From the NCBI GenBank assembly GCA_963846765.1, contig CAWJXO010000030.1, forward strand, positions 311,423 through 375,422: a DNA stretch of 64,000 bases. The letters are read 5' to 3'. The position numbers and the translations under genes are program-made. This stretch comes from an uncultured Solirubrobacterales bacterium. GTDB taxonomy: Bacteria; Actinomycetota; Thermoleophilia; Solirubrobacterales; Solirubrobacteraceae. Positions 12,130 to 21,692 of this stretch are shown here, in pieces. The notes beneath the pieces are model-generated. The model did no database searches. It was not told where the DNA came from and saw only the letters and a program-made list of their open reading frames with translations. Position 1 is the first letter of the stretch; each line of letters starts with the position of its first letter.

Positions 12130-13419
12130 TTAAAGCTGGCGCCGGAGCAGCTTGCCCGACTGCGTGCGCGGCAGCGCGTCGGCGAACTCGACCGCCTTGG
12201 GCACCTTGAACGCCGCCAGCCGCGTCGCGCAGTGGGCCCGCAGCTCCTCGGGCGGGGCGCTCGCGCCCTCGCGGAGCACGACGGTCGCGATCACCGTCTC
12301 CCCCCACTCCGGATCGACGCGGGGATGGACGGCCGCGTCGGCGACCGCGGGATGCTCGAGCAGCGCCGCCTCGACCTCCGTGGGCACGACGTTCTCGCCG
12401 CCGGTGATGATCGTGTCGGACTTGCGGCCGATGATCTCGAGCCGGTTGCGCTCGTCGAACCGCCCGAGATCGCCGGTGTGGAGCCAGCCGTCGTCGGCGG
12501 GCGCGCCCGGGGACACGATCGGCCCGCGGACGAGCACCTCGCCATCGCCGGCGGTCCGCACGTCGACGCCGGTGAGCGGCCAGCCGAACGTGGCGATCTG
12601 CGAGCAGGCCTCGGTCATTCCGTACGTGGGCGCTACCGGCACGCCGGCGGCGCGAGCCCGCTCGAGCAGCGCCGGCGCGATCGGTCCGCCCCCCAGCAGC
12701 GCCCAGCGCAGTGTTGGCGGGTCTTGCAATCCGGCGTCGAGCAGCCGTGCCAGCATCGTCGGCACGAGCGATACGAGTGTGATCCGACGGCCGGGGTCGG
12801 CGAGCTCGTTCAACACCGCCTCGGTGTCAAATCGCCCGTGCACCACGGCCGTGGTGGCGTAGATCGCGCTGCGGATCGGGATCGACAGTCCGCCGACGTG
12901 TGTGAGTGGCATCGGACACAGCCATCGCTCCGCCGGATCGAGTCCGAGCGCCACCGCCGAGCCGAGGGCGCTGGCCAGGAAGTTGCCGCGGGTGAGGACG
13001 ATTGGCTTGGGTGTCGCGGTCGTGCCCGACGTGTGCATGACCGCCACGGGCGCGTCTCTCTCCCGCTCCGAGCCCATGGCCCCGTCCAGCCTGGCTGGCT
13101 GGCCAGCCAGGCTGGTCGAGGCCGCGATTGGCGAGTCGATCATCACGCCGGCGCCGGCGAGCCTCTGTTCCCGCTCGGCCTCGCTCAGCCGCAGGTCGAT
13201 CGGAACCGCCGCCGCGCCTGCCAGCAGGCAGGCGTGGAGCGCGACTACGAAATCCTCGCCGGGCGGCAACGCGATCGCCACCCGCCGCACGCCGCGCAGC
13301 GCCCCCGCCGCAGCCATCGCGGCGTCGCGTAGCTCGGCGTAGGTGAGGCTTCGCTCGAGCCCGTCGATCGCGACACGGTCGGGCGCCCGGTCGGCGGCGG
13401 CGTGAATCCAGGAGATCAC
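12130..13419 (-). CDS. menE: O-succinylbenzoate-CoA ligase
   Basis: AMP-binding motifs [32 protein letters not shown]; located in the men cluster. The 793-aa track ORF is an over-extension antisense to menB. Confidence 0.9.
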   Translation of the reverse strand: MISWIHAAADRAPDRVAIDGLERSLTYAELRDAAMAAAGALRGVRRVAIALPPGEDFVVALHACLLAGAAAVPIDLRLSEAEREQRLAGAGVMIDSPIAASTSLAGQPARLDGAMGSERERDAPVAVMHTSGTTATPKPIVLTRGNFLASALGSAVALGLDPAERWLCPMPLTHVGGLSIPIRSAIYATTAVVHGRFDTEAVLNELADPGRRITLVSLVPTMLARLLDAGLQDPPTLRWALLGGGPIAPALLERARAAGVPVAPTYGMTEACSQIATFGWPLTGVDVRTAGDGEVLVRGPIVSPGAPADDGWLHTGDLGRFDERNRLEIIGRKSDTIITGGENVVPTEVEAALLEHPAVADAAVHPRVDPEWGETVIATVVLREGASAPPEELRAHCATRLAAFKVPKAVEFADALPRTQSGKLLRRQL

Positions 13420-13443
13420 GACCGACACGGTAGTCTCGCCCGC
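13420..13443. promoter_or_regulatory. Overlapping bidirectional -10 elements driving leaderless menE and menB
   Basis: Plus strand TAGTCT (13431-13436) + 7 nt + GTG 13444. Minus strand TACCGT (13432-13427) + 7 nt + GTG 13419. No SD on either side. Confidence 0.6.
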
Positions 13444-14304
13444 GTGCAAACGACTTGGCAGAGCGCCGGCGAGTACGAGGACATCCGGTACGAGACCGGC
13501 ACCGGCGAGGACGCCGGCATCGCGAAGATCACGATCAACCGGCCCGAGGTCCGCAACGCTTTCCGGCCCGAGACCGTGGTCGAGCTGTCCAAGGCGTTCA
13601 CGCGGGCGCGCGAGGACCTCGACGTCGGCGTGATCATCCTCACGGGCGAGGGCCCGGACGCGTTCTGCTCGGGCGGGGACCAGCGCGTGCGCGGCTCGCG
13701 CGGTGGATACGTGACCGGCGCCGATCCTGCGTCCGCGGGGCGGCACGAGGCGGTCGGGCGGTTCGAGGTGACCGATCTGCACATCCAGATCCGCCGGCTG
13801 CCCAAGCCGGTGGTGGCGATGGTCGCCGGCTACGCGGTCGGCGGCGGCCACGTGCTCCACGTCGTGTGTGACCTGACGATCGCCGCCGACAACGCCCGCT
13901 TCGGCCAGACGGGGCCAAAGGTCGGGTCGTTCGACGGCGGCTTCGGTGCGACCGTGCTCTCCCGCCTCGTCGGGCCCAAGAAGGCCAAGGAGATCTGGTT
14001 CCTGTGCCGGCAGTACGACGCCCAGGAGGCGCTCGCCATGGGGCTGATCAACGCGGTGGTGCCGCTCGATCAGCTCGAGCAGGAGACCGTCAAGTGGTGC
14101 CGAGAGATGCTGGCGATGTCTCCGTTCGCGCTGCGGATGCTCAAGGCGAGCTTCAACGCCGACGAGGACGGTCTGTCGGGCATCCAGCAGCTTGCTCACG
14201 ACGCGAACCTGCTCTTCTATATGAGCGAGGAAGCGCAGGAGGGGCGCAACGCCTACCTCGAGAAGCGCAGGCCCGACTTCTCGAAGTTCCCGCGCCGGGC
14301 GTGA
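13444..14304 (+). CDS. menB: 1,4-dihydroxy-2-naphthoyl-CoA synthase
   Basis: [51 protein letters not shown]. Confidence 0.97.
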   Translation: MQTTWQSAGEYEDIRYETGTGEDAGIAKITINRPEVRNAFRPETVVELSKAFTRAREDLDVGVIILTGEGPDAFCSGGDQRVRGSRGGYVTGADPASAGRHEAVGRFEVTDLHIQIRRLPKPVVAMVAGYAVGGGHVLHVVCDLTIAADNARFGQTGPKVGSFDGGFGATVLSRLVGPKKAKEIWFLCRQYDAQEALAMGLINAVVPLDQLEQETVKWCREMLAMSPFALRMLKASFNADEDGLSGIQQLAHDANLLFYMSEEAQEGRNAYLEKRRPDFSKFPRRA

Positions 14305-14308
14305 CGTG

Positions 14309-15220
14309 ATGGCCGCGACGCGGTCGGCGACCAGGCCAAGCGGGGTGCGCATCTGGTTGATGGCGGCGCGCGTGCGGACGTTGCCGGCGGCGATCGCGCC
14401 CGTGCTCGTCGGGACCGCGCTGGCGGGCTTCCTCCACGTGTTCCACCCGCTTCGGTTCGTCGCGGCGCTGGTCGGCGCGATGTTCATCCAGATCGGGACC
14501 AACCTGTCCAACGACTACTCCGACGCGCGGCGCGGAGCCGACACCGAGGATCGCCTCGGGCCGGTGCGCGTGACTGCCGGAGGACTCGTGCCGCCCCGGC
14601 AGGTGCTGATCGCGACGTATCTGACGTTCGGCGTGGCGGTGCTCGCCGGTGTCTACCTCGTCGTCGTCGCGGGCTGGCAGCTGCTGCTGGTGGGTGCCGC
14701 CTCCATCCTCGCCGGGGTCCTGTACACCGGCGGCCCGAAGCCGTACGGCTACGAGGGTCTGGGAGAGCTGTTCGTGTTCCTGTTCTTCGGGATCGTCGCG
14801 GTCGCCGGGTCGTTCTTCGTGCAGGTCCAGCATTTGAACTGGGAAGCGTTCGCGCTCGCGGTGCCGGTCGGGCTGCTCGCGGCGGGGCTGTTGATGGTCA
14901 ACAACATCCGCGACATCGACACCGACCGCCGCGCGAACAAGCGGACGCTCGCGGTGCGCCTCGGGCGTGACCGCGCTCGGTCGCTGTTCGCCGTGACCGT
15001 TTACCTGGCCTACGTGCTGGTGCCGGTCACATGGGCGTTCGGTCCGCTCGGGCCCTGGCTGCTGCTGGCGTGGCTGACGCTGCCGCTGGCCGCGCGGGTC
15101 GTGCGCGTGGTGCGCAACCGCACCGACGGGCTCTCGCTGAATGGCGCCCTGGCGCAGACCGGGATGCTCCAGCTGGCGTTCTGCACGCTGCTGGCCGCCG
15201 GTTTGCTACTCAGCCGGTGA
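14309..15220 (+). CDS. menA: 1,4-dihydroxy-2-naphthoate polyprenyltransferase
   Basis: RTLPAA, NDYSDARRGAD, YTGGPKPYGYEGLGE, NNIRDIDTD..KRTLAVRLG; multi-TM. Confidence 0.95.
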   Translation: MAATRSATRPSGVRIWLMAARVRTLPAAIAPVLVGTALAGFLHVFHPLRFVAALVGAMFIQIGTNLSNDYSDARRGADTEDRLGPVRVTAGGLVPPRQVLIATYLTFGVAVLAGVYLVVVAGWQLLLVGAASILAGVLYTGGPKPYGYEGLGELFVFLFFGIVAVAGSFFVQVQHLNWEAFALAVPVGLLAAGLLMVNNIRDIDTDRRANKRTLAVRLGRDRARSLFAVTVYLAYVLVPVTWAFGPLGPWLLLAWLTLPLAARVVRVVRNRTDGLSLNGALAQTGMLQLAFCTLLAAGLLLSR

Positions 15221-16257
15221 ACGTCCACGTTCAATGTCTAAGGGCGCGCATGCGCGCGCCGTTTGTCTCGGCGTCGGGCTCCCTCAGCGAGCGAGAGCTC
15301 GTCCTGGTTCGCCTAGAGGACTCGGGCGGGTGGGTCGGTCTCGGCGAGTCGGCGCCGCTGCCGGATTACCACGGAGTCAACGTGGAGGACGTGCTCGAGG
15401 CGCTCGCCGCGAGTCGTGACGCTCTGGCGGGCGCGGCCCCGGGCGCGTCCCCGCACGAGGCGCTGGCCGAGTGGCGTGCCATGGCCGTCCTGCCCGCGGT
15501 GGCCGCGATCGACATGGCCCTGTGGGATCTCGAGGGGCGGCGAGCCGGCCAGCCCGTGTGGCGGCTGCTCGGCGCCGATGAGGCCGCGCCGGTCGATGTC
15601 AACTACACGATCGCCGCGCCAGATCGCGCTGGCGCCGCGGCCGAGGCGAGCGCGGCCCGGGCGGCGGCCTTTCGCTGCGTCAAGGCGAAGGTCGGGATCG
15701 GCGACGACGCCGGCCGCCTGGCCGCGGTCAGGGCGGCGCTCGGACCGGACGTGGCGATCAGGCTCGACGCCAACGGGGCGTGGTCCGAACAGGAGGCCGT
15801 CGCCGCGCTGCGCGTCCTTGCCCCGGTCGGGCTCGAGTTGTGCGAGGAGCCGGTCCGCGGCCTCGCCCAGACGCGCCGGGTGGCGGCCGAGACGAGCGTC
15901 CCGCTCGCGCTCGACGAGACCGCGTCCGCGATCGGAGCGCTGGAGGATCGCGTGTGCCAGGCCGTGTGCCTGAAGATCGCGAGCTTCGGGGGCATCACCG
16001 GCGTGGTGCAGGCGGCATACCAGGCACGCGCCTCGGGCTACGAGGTCTACCTCGCGTCGACGCTCGACGGGCCCCTCGGCATCGCGGCGGCGCTCCACGC
16101 GGCAGCGGTCGTACAACCCGAGCGTGCGTGCGGGCTCGCGACGCTGTCGCTGTTCGCCGATCGCGAGGATCCGCTGCCGGCGCGCGACGGGCGAATCGAG
16201 GTTCCGGAGGGCGCGGGCCTCGGCGACGGGCTCATTTCCTGGTACCAGACGGCGTAA
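15217..16257 (+). CDS. menC: O-succinylbenzoate synthase (enolase superfamily)
   Basis: KAKVG (KxK), RLDANGAW, EEP, ALDE, CGLAT. GTG overlaps the menA stop. Confidence 0.87.
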   Translation: MNVHVQCLRARMRAPFVSASGSLSERELVLVRLEDSGGWVGLGESAPLPDYHGVNVEDVLEALAASRDALAGAAPGASPHEALAEWRAMAVLPAVAAIDMALWDLEGRRAGQPVWRLLGADEAAPVDVNYTIAAPDRAGAAAEASAARAAAFRCVKAKVGIGDDAGRLAAVRAALGPDVAIRLDANGAWSEQEAVAALRVLAPVGLELCEEPVRGLAQTRRVAAETSVPLALDETASAIGALEDRVCQAVCLKIASFGGITGVVQAAYQARASGYEVYLASTLDGPLGIAAALHAAAVVQPERACGLATLSLFADREDPLPARDGRIEVPEGAGLGDGLISWYQTA

Positions 16258-16412
16258 TCGGCATTCATGTGACTCAGGTCACGCTTCGACGATTCGCCAC
16301 CGGGTACTACTGAAAGCCAAAGAAATTTCGTCTACGTACTAAAGGCGAGAGGCTCAGGTGACGACCATGTTGATCAACTGAGCAGCCGTTTATCGGACCG
16401 GGAGAATCCAAG

Positions 16413-16706
16413 ATGAGTCCTCAACGTTCGCAGGCATACCGGCGGGTCATAAAGACCCTCGACGACATGGGCCCGAGCAAGCTGTTCGACTCCGAGCAGC
16501 AGCGGATCCGCTACGCCGCCGACAACCTCATCTTCAGCACCGACTTGAACACCGATGTCGAGGCTTGCGACGCCCTCGAGGACGTCGCAGCGCTGTGCCG
16601 CGCGCTGGTGGAGAGTGGTCGCTGGGAGCAGAGCAGCGCGATGCGCCTCGTAGACGACGTCTGCGAGTGCGGTCCCGTGGCTCCTATGGTGCTGCAGGCC
16701 GCCTAG
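16413..16706 (+). CDS. Hypothetical small helical protein (97 aa)
   Basis: GGGAG RBS before ATG, typical high-GC3 codons, AT-richer upstream spacer. No recognisable motif. Confidence 0.7.
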   Translation: MSPQRSQAYRRVIKTLDDMGPSKLFDSEQQRIRYAADNLIFSTDLNTDVEACDALEDVAALCRALVESGRWEQSSAMRLVDDVCECGPVAPMVLQAA

Positions 16707-16736
16707 CACTCATTCACGCTGCGGAGCCCTGCTGCG

Positions 16737-17474
16737 TCACGCTGCGGGACTCTGCTGCGCGATCAGAGCCGCGACGGGCTCCGGCGCCTCCAGATGCACG
16801 GCGTGACCCGCGCCCGGGATGACGGCGACGTCCGCGGCCGGTAGCGCGCGAGCCATATCGCTCGCGATCGCCCTGAACTTCGCGTCGCGCTCGCCGGCGA
16901 TCAGCGTCGTGGACGCCCGAACCTCTGATAGCCGGTCCCACAGCGACGGCAGCGCGCCGGTGCCGAGTCCGCGCAACGCGGCCGCGAGCCCCGCCGGCTG
17001 ATTGCGCAGCCGGTCCGCCCGGACGGCCGCTGCCACGGCGGGCGGTTGCCCCGCAAGCACGGGCGTCCGCGCCCAGCGCTGCTCGAACTCCTCGATGGTC
17101 ATCCGCTCCACTTCGCCGGCGAGGCGGTCATCGGCGGCGCGACGCTCTGCGCGCTCGGCGGGGTCGGCGATCCCGGGGCTGGCTCCGATCAGTACCAACT
17201 GCTCGACTCGCCCGGCGAGCGCGGGCGCGAGTGCGGCGTGGAGCGCGATCCGCCCGCCCATCGAGTACCCGACGAGCGTGAAGCGCTCCGGAGCCTGTGC
17301 AGTCAGGTCGTCCAGAACCGCCTCCAGCGTGACTGGCTCTCGCCGGGACGCGGCGCCGTGCCCGCAGATGTCGGGCGCGAGCGCCCGGTAGCTTTCCGCC
17401 AGCGCCGCGACCACGGGGTCCCAACTCGCTCCGGTTTGGGTGAAGCCGTGGAGGAGGACGACATCGCGCGCCAT
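16737..17474 (-). CDS. menH: SHCHC synthase (alpha/beta hydrolase)
   Basis: MARDVVLLHGFT, GYSMGG nucleophile elbow, GERDAKF, GHAVHLE. Divergent from menD with a 12-bp gap. Confidence 0.9.
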   Translation of the reverse strand: MARDVVLLHGFTQTGASWDPVVAALAESYRALAPDICGHGAASRREPVTLEAVLDDLTAQAPERFTLVGYSMGGRIALHAALAPALAGRVEQLVLIGASPGIADPAERAERRAADDRLAGEVERMTIEEFEQRWARTPVLAGQPPAVAAAVRADRLRNQPAGLAAALRGLGTGALPSLWDRLSEVRASTTLIAGERDAKFRAIASDMARALPAADVAVIPGAGHAVHLEAPEPVAALIAQQSPAA

Positions 17475-17486
17475 CAGAACCGCATC

Positions 17487-19211
17487 ATGACCGTCACCGA
17501 CACCTATCTGCTGCTGCGCGCCTTCTGCGACGAACTCGCCCGCAGCGGCATGGAGCACGCGTGCACCGCGCCGGGGTCGCGCTGCACCCCGATCGTTTTG
17601 ACCCTCGCGCGCGAGCAGCGGATCCATACCTGGTCGCACATCGACGAGCGCTGCGCGGGATTCTTCGCGCTCGGCGCCGCCAAACGATCGGGGCGCCCGG
17701 TGGCGGCCACGTGCACGTCCGGCACGGCCGCCGCGAACCTGACGCCGGCGGTGATCGAGGCCCGTCACGCTCGGGTGCCGCTGATCGTGCTCACCGCCGA
17801 CCGCCCCGCGGAGCTGCGCGAGGTCGGCGCCGGCCAGACGATCGACCAGCTGAAGCTGTACGGCGACGCGGTCAAGTGGTTCTTCGAAGTCGGCGTCGAC
17901 GAGGCCAGCCCGGCGACCCTGCGGTGGATCCGGACGCTCGCGTGCCGGGCCTACTGGACCGCGGCGGAGGGGCCGCCCGGGCCGGTCCACCTCAATTTCC
18001 CGCTGCGCGAGCCGCTCGTGCTCGATCGCGGATCCGTGCTTCCCGAGGACGGCACCGGCCGCGCCGAGGGCCGCCCGTACGTGGTATTCGACGGCGGCCG
18101 GTCCACCGCGCCGTCCGGCGGCACGCCCCCGGCCGGGCGGATCGTGATCGTCGCCGGTGCCGACCGCGAGCCCGACTCGGCTCGGGAGCTGGCTCGCTTT
18201 GCGGCGCGGACCCGAATCCCGCTGCTCGCCGACCCCCTGTCCGGTTCGCGACGCGGGGAGGCCGCGATCGCGCATTACGACTTGCTGCTCCGCGACTCGG
18301 AGTTCGCGGCCGCTCACCAGCCGCAGTTCGTGATCCGGACTGGCGATCTGCCCACCTCCAAGCCGCTGCGGGCGTGGCTGGCAGGACTCGAGACGGCGCA
18401 GATCGCGATCGATCCCGACGGCACGTGGCACGACCCCGACGCCGTCGTCGGGATGCGGATCCACGCCCCCTACCGGGCCCTTCTCGGCGAACAGGAGCTT
18501 GGCACCGACCCGGAGTGGTTCGCCTCGTGGCGGGCAGCCGATGACGCTGTCGCCGGCGCGATCGAACGGACACTCGACGACGAGCCGCTCTCAGAGCCGC
18601 TCGTCGCCCGCTCGCTCGCGGGGTGGCTCCCGGGCGAGGCGACGCTGTTCGTCGCGTCGTCGATGCCGATCCGCGACGTCGAGGAGTTCGTCGCCGCCCG
18701 CGAGGATGGGCCGCGCGTGCTCTCCAATCGCGGCGCGAACGGGATCGACGGCACGGTCTCCGCCGCGTTCGGCGCCCGCGCGGCCGCGGCCGACGAGGGG
18801 CCGGTCGTGCTGCTGATCGGGGACGTCGCGCTCGCTCACGACATCGGCGGGCTGCTGGCGGCCACTCGGCTGCGGCTCCCCCTCACGATCGTGCTGCTGA
18901 ACAACGACGGTGGCGGGATCTTCCACTTCCTCGCCGTCGCCGGCGAGACCGACGCGTTCGAGGAGCACGTCGCCACCCCCCACGGCCTCGACTTCAGCCG
19001 GGCCGCGGCGCTCTACGGCTGTTCGTACGAGCTCGCCGGCACGCTCGCCGTGCTCCGCTCGGCCCTCGAGACCTCAATCGCCGGCAAGTCGACCACGATC
19101 ATCGAGGTGCGGACCGACCGCGAGGAGAACCTGGCGCTCCACCGCCGCGTGGCGGAAGCCGCGTTGGAGGCGCTCAACCCGCCAGCAGCGGGAGCAAGGC
19201 CCCCAGTTTGA
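17487..19211 (+). CDS. menD: SEPHCHC synthase (TPP-dependent)
   Basis: PGSRCTP, IDERCAGFFALG, TSGTAAAN, TADRP, SMPIRD, NRGANGIDG, GD..NNDGGGIF. Confidence 0.96.
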   Translation: MTVTDTYLLLRAFCDELARSGMEHACTAPGSRCTPIVLTLAREQRIHTWSHIDERCAGFFALGAAKRSGRPVAATCTSGTAAANLTPAVIEARHARVPLIVLTADRPAELREVGAGQTIDQLKLYGDAVKWFFEVGVDEASPATLRWIRTLACRAYWTAAEGPPGPVHLNFPLREPLVLDRGSVLPEDGTGRAEGRPYVVFDGGRSTAPSGGTPPAGRIVIVAGADREPDSARELARFAARTRIPLLADPLSGSRRGEAAIAHYDLLLRDSEFAAAHQPQFVIRTGDLPTSKPLRAWLAGLETAQIAIDPDGTWHDPDAVVGMRIHAPYRALLGEQELGTDPEWFASWRAADDAVAGAIERTLDDEPLSEPLVARSLAGWLPGEATLFVASSMPIRDVEEFVAAREDGPRVLSNRGANGIDGTVSAAFGARAAAADEGPVVLLIGDVALAHDIGGLLAATRLRLPLTIVLLNNDGGGIFHFLAVAGETDAFEEHVATPHGLDFSRAAALYGCSYELAGTLAVLRSALETSIAGKSTTIIEVRTDREENLALHRRVAEAALEALNPPAAGARPPV

Positions 19212-20619
19212 CCTCGGTCTCGGCGAGCTCCGCCACCGGGTCCGAGTCGCGCACGATCCCGCCGCCGGCGTACAGGTGCGCCACCCGGCCGCGTACCAAA
19301 GCGCACCGCAACGCCACGCAAAACTCACCGTCCCCGATGGCGTCGGTCCACCCCACGGCCCCGGCGTACCAGCCGCGGTCGAGCCCTTCGAGCGCCGGGA
19401 TCAGCGGCGCCGCGACCTCCAACGGCTCGCCGCCGACCGCCGGCGTCGGATGTAGCACGCCGGCGAGGTCGATCGCGCTCAGGGGTGCGGCCAGCTGCGC
19501 CCGGATCGGCGTGCCCAGGTGGATGATGTTGGCGACCCGCACCAGCGACGGCTCGGGCGCGGCCGTCACCCACACCGAGTGGGGCCGGAGTGCGCGCGCG
19601 ATGCGGCGCATGACGATCTCGTTCTCCTCGCGGTCCTTGTCGCTCTGCAGCAGCTGCTCGCCGAGGTGCTCGTCGACCGCCGGGTCGGCGCTCCGCCGCG
19701 AGGACCCGGCGAGCGCCACCGTGCTGGCCCGCTGGCCGTCGCGGCGGACGAGCAGCTCGGGGCTGGCGGCGATGAACGCGCCGTCACCGCGACCGACGGC
19801 GAACACGTAGCACGATGGGAACGCCTCCCGGAGCAGCCCCAGCACGGCGCCAATGTCGTGATCGAGCGGGGCGTGGACCTCCACCTCGCGCGCGAGCACG
19901 ATCTTCTCGAGCTCGCCGGCGCGAATCCGTTGCACCGCCCTCGCCACCGCCTCCTCGTAGTGCGACGGGGGCATCGGGCTGAGCACCTTGTACTCCCCCG
20001 CCGGCGCGGGGTCGAGCATCGGCAGCGCCGCCGGGCGCAGCTCCGAGAGACGCGCCGCCACGCGCGCCTCGAGATCCGACGCGACGTCATCTGGCGCCAC
20101 TTCGACGTTGACGGTCAGCGCGACCCGGTCGCCGCTCCGCGCCAGCGACACCTCAGGCACCACCAGCGATGCCGGGGCGAAGCCGTCCCACCGCGGCGAC
20201 CCGCCGCCGTCGGGCGCGAACGAAAACCCGCCAAGCGCGAGTAGCCCCGAGCCGGCGGGCACGTCGGGGGCGTCCGCAAGCGCCGCCGCAGCCACCGTCG
20301 ACCAGCGCTTGGCCACCGTCTCGAAGCGGTCCTCGCCGTGCGCCTCGAGCGTCCGCACTGACCCGATCGCCGCCACCGCGTAACCGTCGCGATCGGGTTG
20401 CTCCAGGCAGAACCACGGCTCGCCGGGGCGTCGCGACGCGACGGCCACCGCGGTCGGGTCGACGCCGGGGTCGACCCGACAGGTCACGCTGGCGAGCTCC
20501 GGCATTCCGGTGGCGCGGGCGCGGCGGAGCGCCGCTTCGAGCCTGCGCTCGAGTCGCGCCGCGCTTTCAGCGTCCAGCCAGCTCCACGCCGGCGAGAGGC
20601 CGGGCACGGACCGAATCAT
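19174..20619 (-). CDS. menF: Isochorismate synthase
   Basis: KIVLAR, ASPELL, ALAGS, LHPTPAVGG, RGWYAG, VALRCA, YAGGGIV..ELAETEVK. Convergent 38-bp overlap with menD. Confidence 0.93.
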   Translation of the reverse strand: MIRSVPGLSPAWSWLDAESAARLERRLEAALRRARATGMPELASVTCRVDPGVDPTAVAVASRRPGEPWFCLEQPDRDGYAVAAIGSVRTLEAHGEDRFETVAKRWSTVAAAALADAPDVPAGSGLLALGGFSFAPDGGGSPRWDGFAPASLVVPEVSLARSGDRVALTVNVEVAPDDVASDLEARVAARLSELRPAALPMLDPAPAGEYKVLSPMPPSHYEEAVARAVQRIRAGELEKIVLAREVEVHAPLDHDIGAVLGLLREAFPSCYVFAVGRGDGAFIAASPELLVRRDGQRASTVALAGSSRRSADPAVDEHLGEQLLQSDKDREENEIVMRRIARALRPHSVWVTAAPEPSLVRVANIIHLGTPIRAQLAAPLSAIDLAGVLHPTPAVGGEPLEVAAPLIPALEGLDRGWYAGAVGWTDAIGDGEFCVALRCALVRGRVAHLYAGGGIVRDSDPVAELAETEVKLGALLPLLAG

Positions 20620-20748
20620 TCGCTGGAGCCTAGTGGACCTGTCCGTAGGTCATACGGCCGAGCCCACTAGCGTTCCGCGCGGGGGCCTTCGGCCGCCAGC
20701 ACCCGCGGGCCAGCCGCTTCCAGCTCGGTCCACGGACTCGGCCAGTGC

Positions 20749-21123
20749 CTAAGTCTCTCCCGTTTCTACCATGACTACCGCGAGCGCCACCGAATTTCGG
20801 TGCGTCAAGCTAAGTTCGAAACGGCCGGCGCCGCGGCTGCGCGCGAGCGCGGCCGCCGGCCCGCTGAGGCGCAGGCACGGCCGCCCGTCGGCGTCTCGCT
20901 GGACGCCGATCGAGTCCCACGGGAGCGCACCATCGGTGCCACCGAGCGCCTTGACCGTCGCTTCCTTGGCGGCGAACCTCCCCGCCAGGCAGCGGGGATC
21001 GGACCCGCACTCGCGTCGCTCCGCTTCGGTGTAGATCCGCTCCAGGTAGCGCTCACCGTGCGCGGCGAGCGAGTCGCGGACCTCGTCGACCGGGACGAGG
21101 TCGATCCCTACCCGAAGTGCGCG
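20749..21123 (-). CDS. acpS: Holo-ACP synthase (AcpS-type phosphopantetheinyl transferase) with no canonical start codon; possible pseudogene
   Basis: Absent from the ORF track. Manual translation: RALRVGIDLVPVDEVRDSLAAHGERYLERIYTEAERRECGSDPRCLAGRFAAKEATVKALG..GRPCLRL..LSLTH..VVMVETGET*. Contains GIDL, RFAAKEA and SLTH motifs. Confidence 0.85.
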   Translation of the reverse strand, partial: RALRVGIDLVPVDEVRDSLAAHGERYLERIYTEAERRECGSDPRCLAGRFAAKEATVKALGGTDGALPWDSIGVQRDADGRPCLRLSGPAAALARSRGAGRFELSLTHRNSVALAVVMVETGET

Positions 21124-21131
21124 GTGCTCGG

Positions 21132-21689
21132 CTACGTCTCGGCGCGCCCGCGCGCGATCGCGATCTCGCCGGTCCTTGCCATCTCGATCAGCCCGAACGG
21201 CCTGACCAGCGCCTCGAAGGCGTCGACCTTGTCGCAGGTACCGGTGAGCTCGACCACGATTGAGCGCTTAGTCACGTCGACCACCTTGCCGCGGAAGATC
21301 TCACAGATCTGCATGACTTCGGTCCGGCTGACGCCGTCGGCGGAGATCTTGAACAAGGCGAGCTCGCGCGCGAGCGTCTCGCGCGGCTCGAGGTCGCGGA
21401 TCTTGAGCACGTTGACGAGCTTGTGCAGCTGCTTGGTGACCTGATCGATCGGGTGCAGGGCGCCGTCGAGCGTCAGCGTGATTCGCGAGACCCGCTCGTC
21501 GTCGGTGGGCCCGACCGCGAGCGTGTCGATGTTGAACCCGCGGCGCGCAAACAACCCCGCGATCCTGGTCAGGACACCGGGCTTGTTCTCGACGAGGATC
21601 GACAGCACGTGCTTGCGACCCGTACGGAGCCCGGACACCGCCTCGAGCTCGTCGAGCGAGAGGACTTCCTTGGTCCCTGGTTCGCCCAT
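21132..21689 (-). CDS. ilvN: Acetolactate synthase small (regulatory) subunit
   Basis: LSILVENKPGVLTRIAGLFARRGFNI, QVTKQLHKLVNV, EMARTG. Confidence 0.96.
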   Translation of the reverse strand: MGEPGTKEVLSLDELEAVSGLRTGRKHVLSILVENKPGVLTRIAGLFARRGFNIDTLAVGPTDDERVSRITLTLDGALHPIDQVTKQLHKLVNVLKIRDLEPRETLARELALFKISADGVSRTEVMQICEIFRGKVVDVTKRSIVVELTGTCDKVDAFEALVRPFGLIEMARTGEIAIARGRAET

Positions 21690-21692
21690 CGC

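Noticed and set aside
12130-14511. 793-aa MenE with a long N-terminal extension
   Set aside because: The extension is the antisense of menB/menA; the real start is at about 13419.
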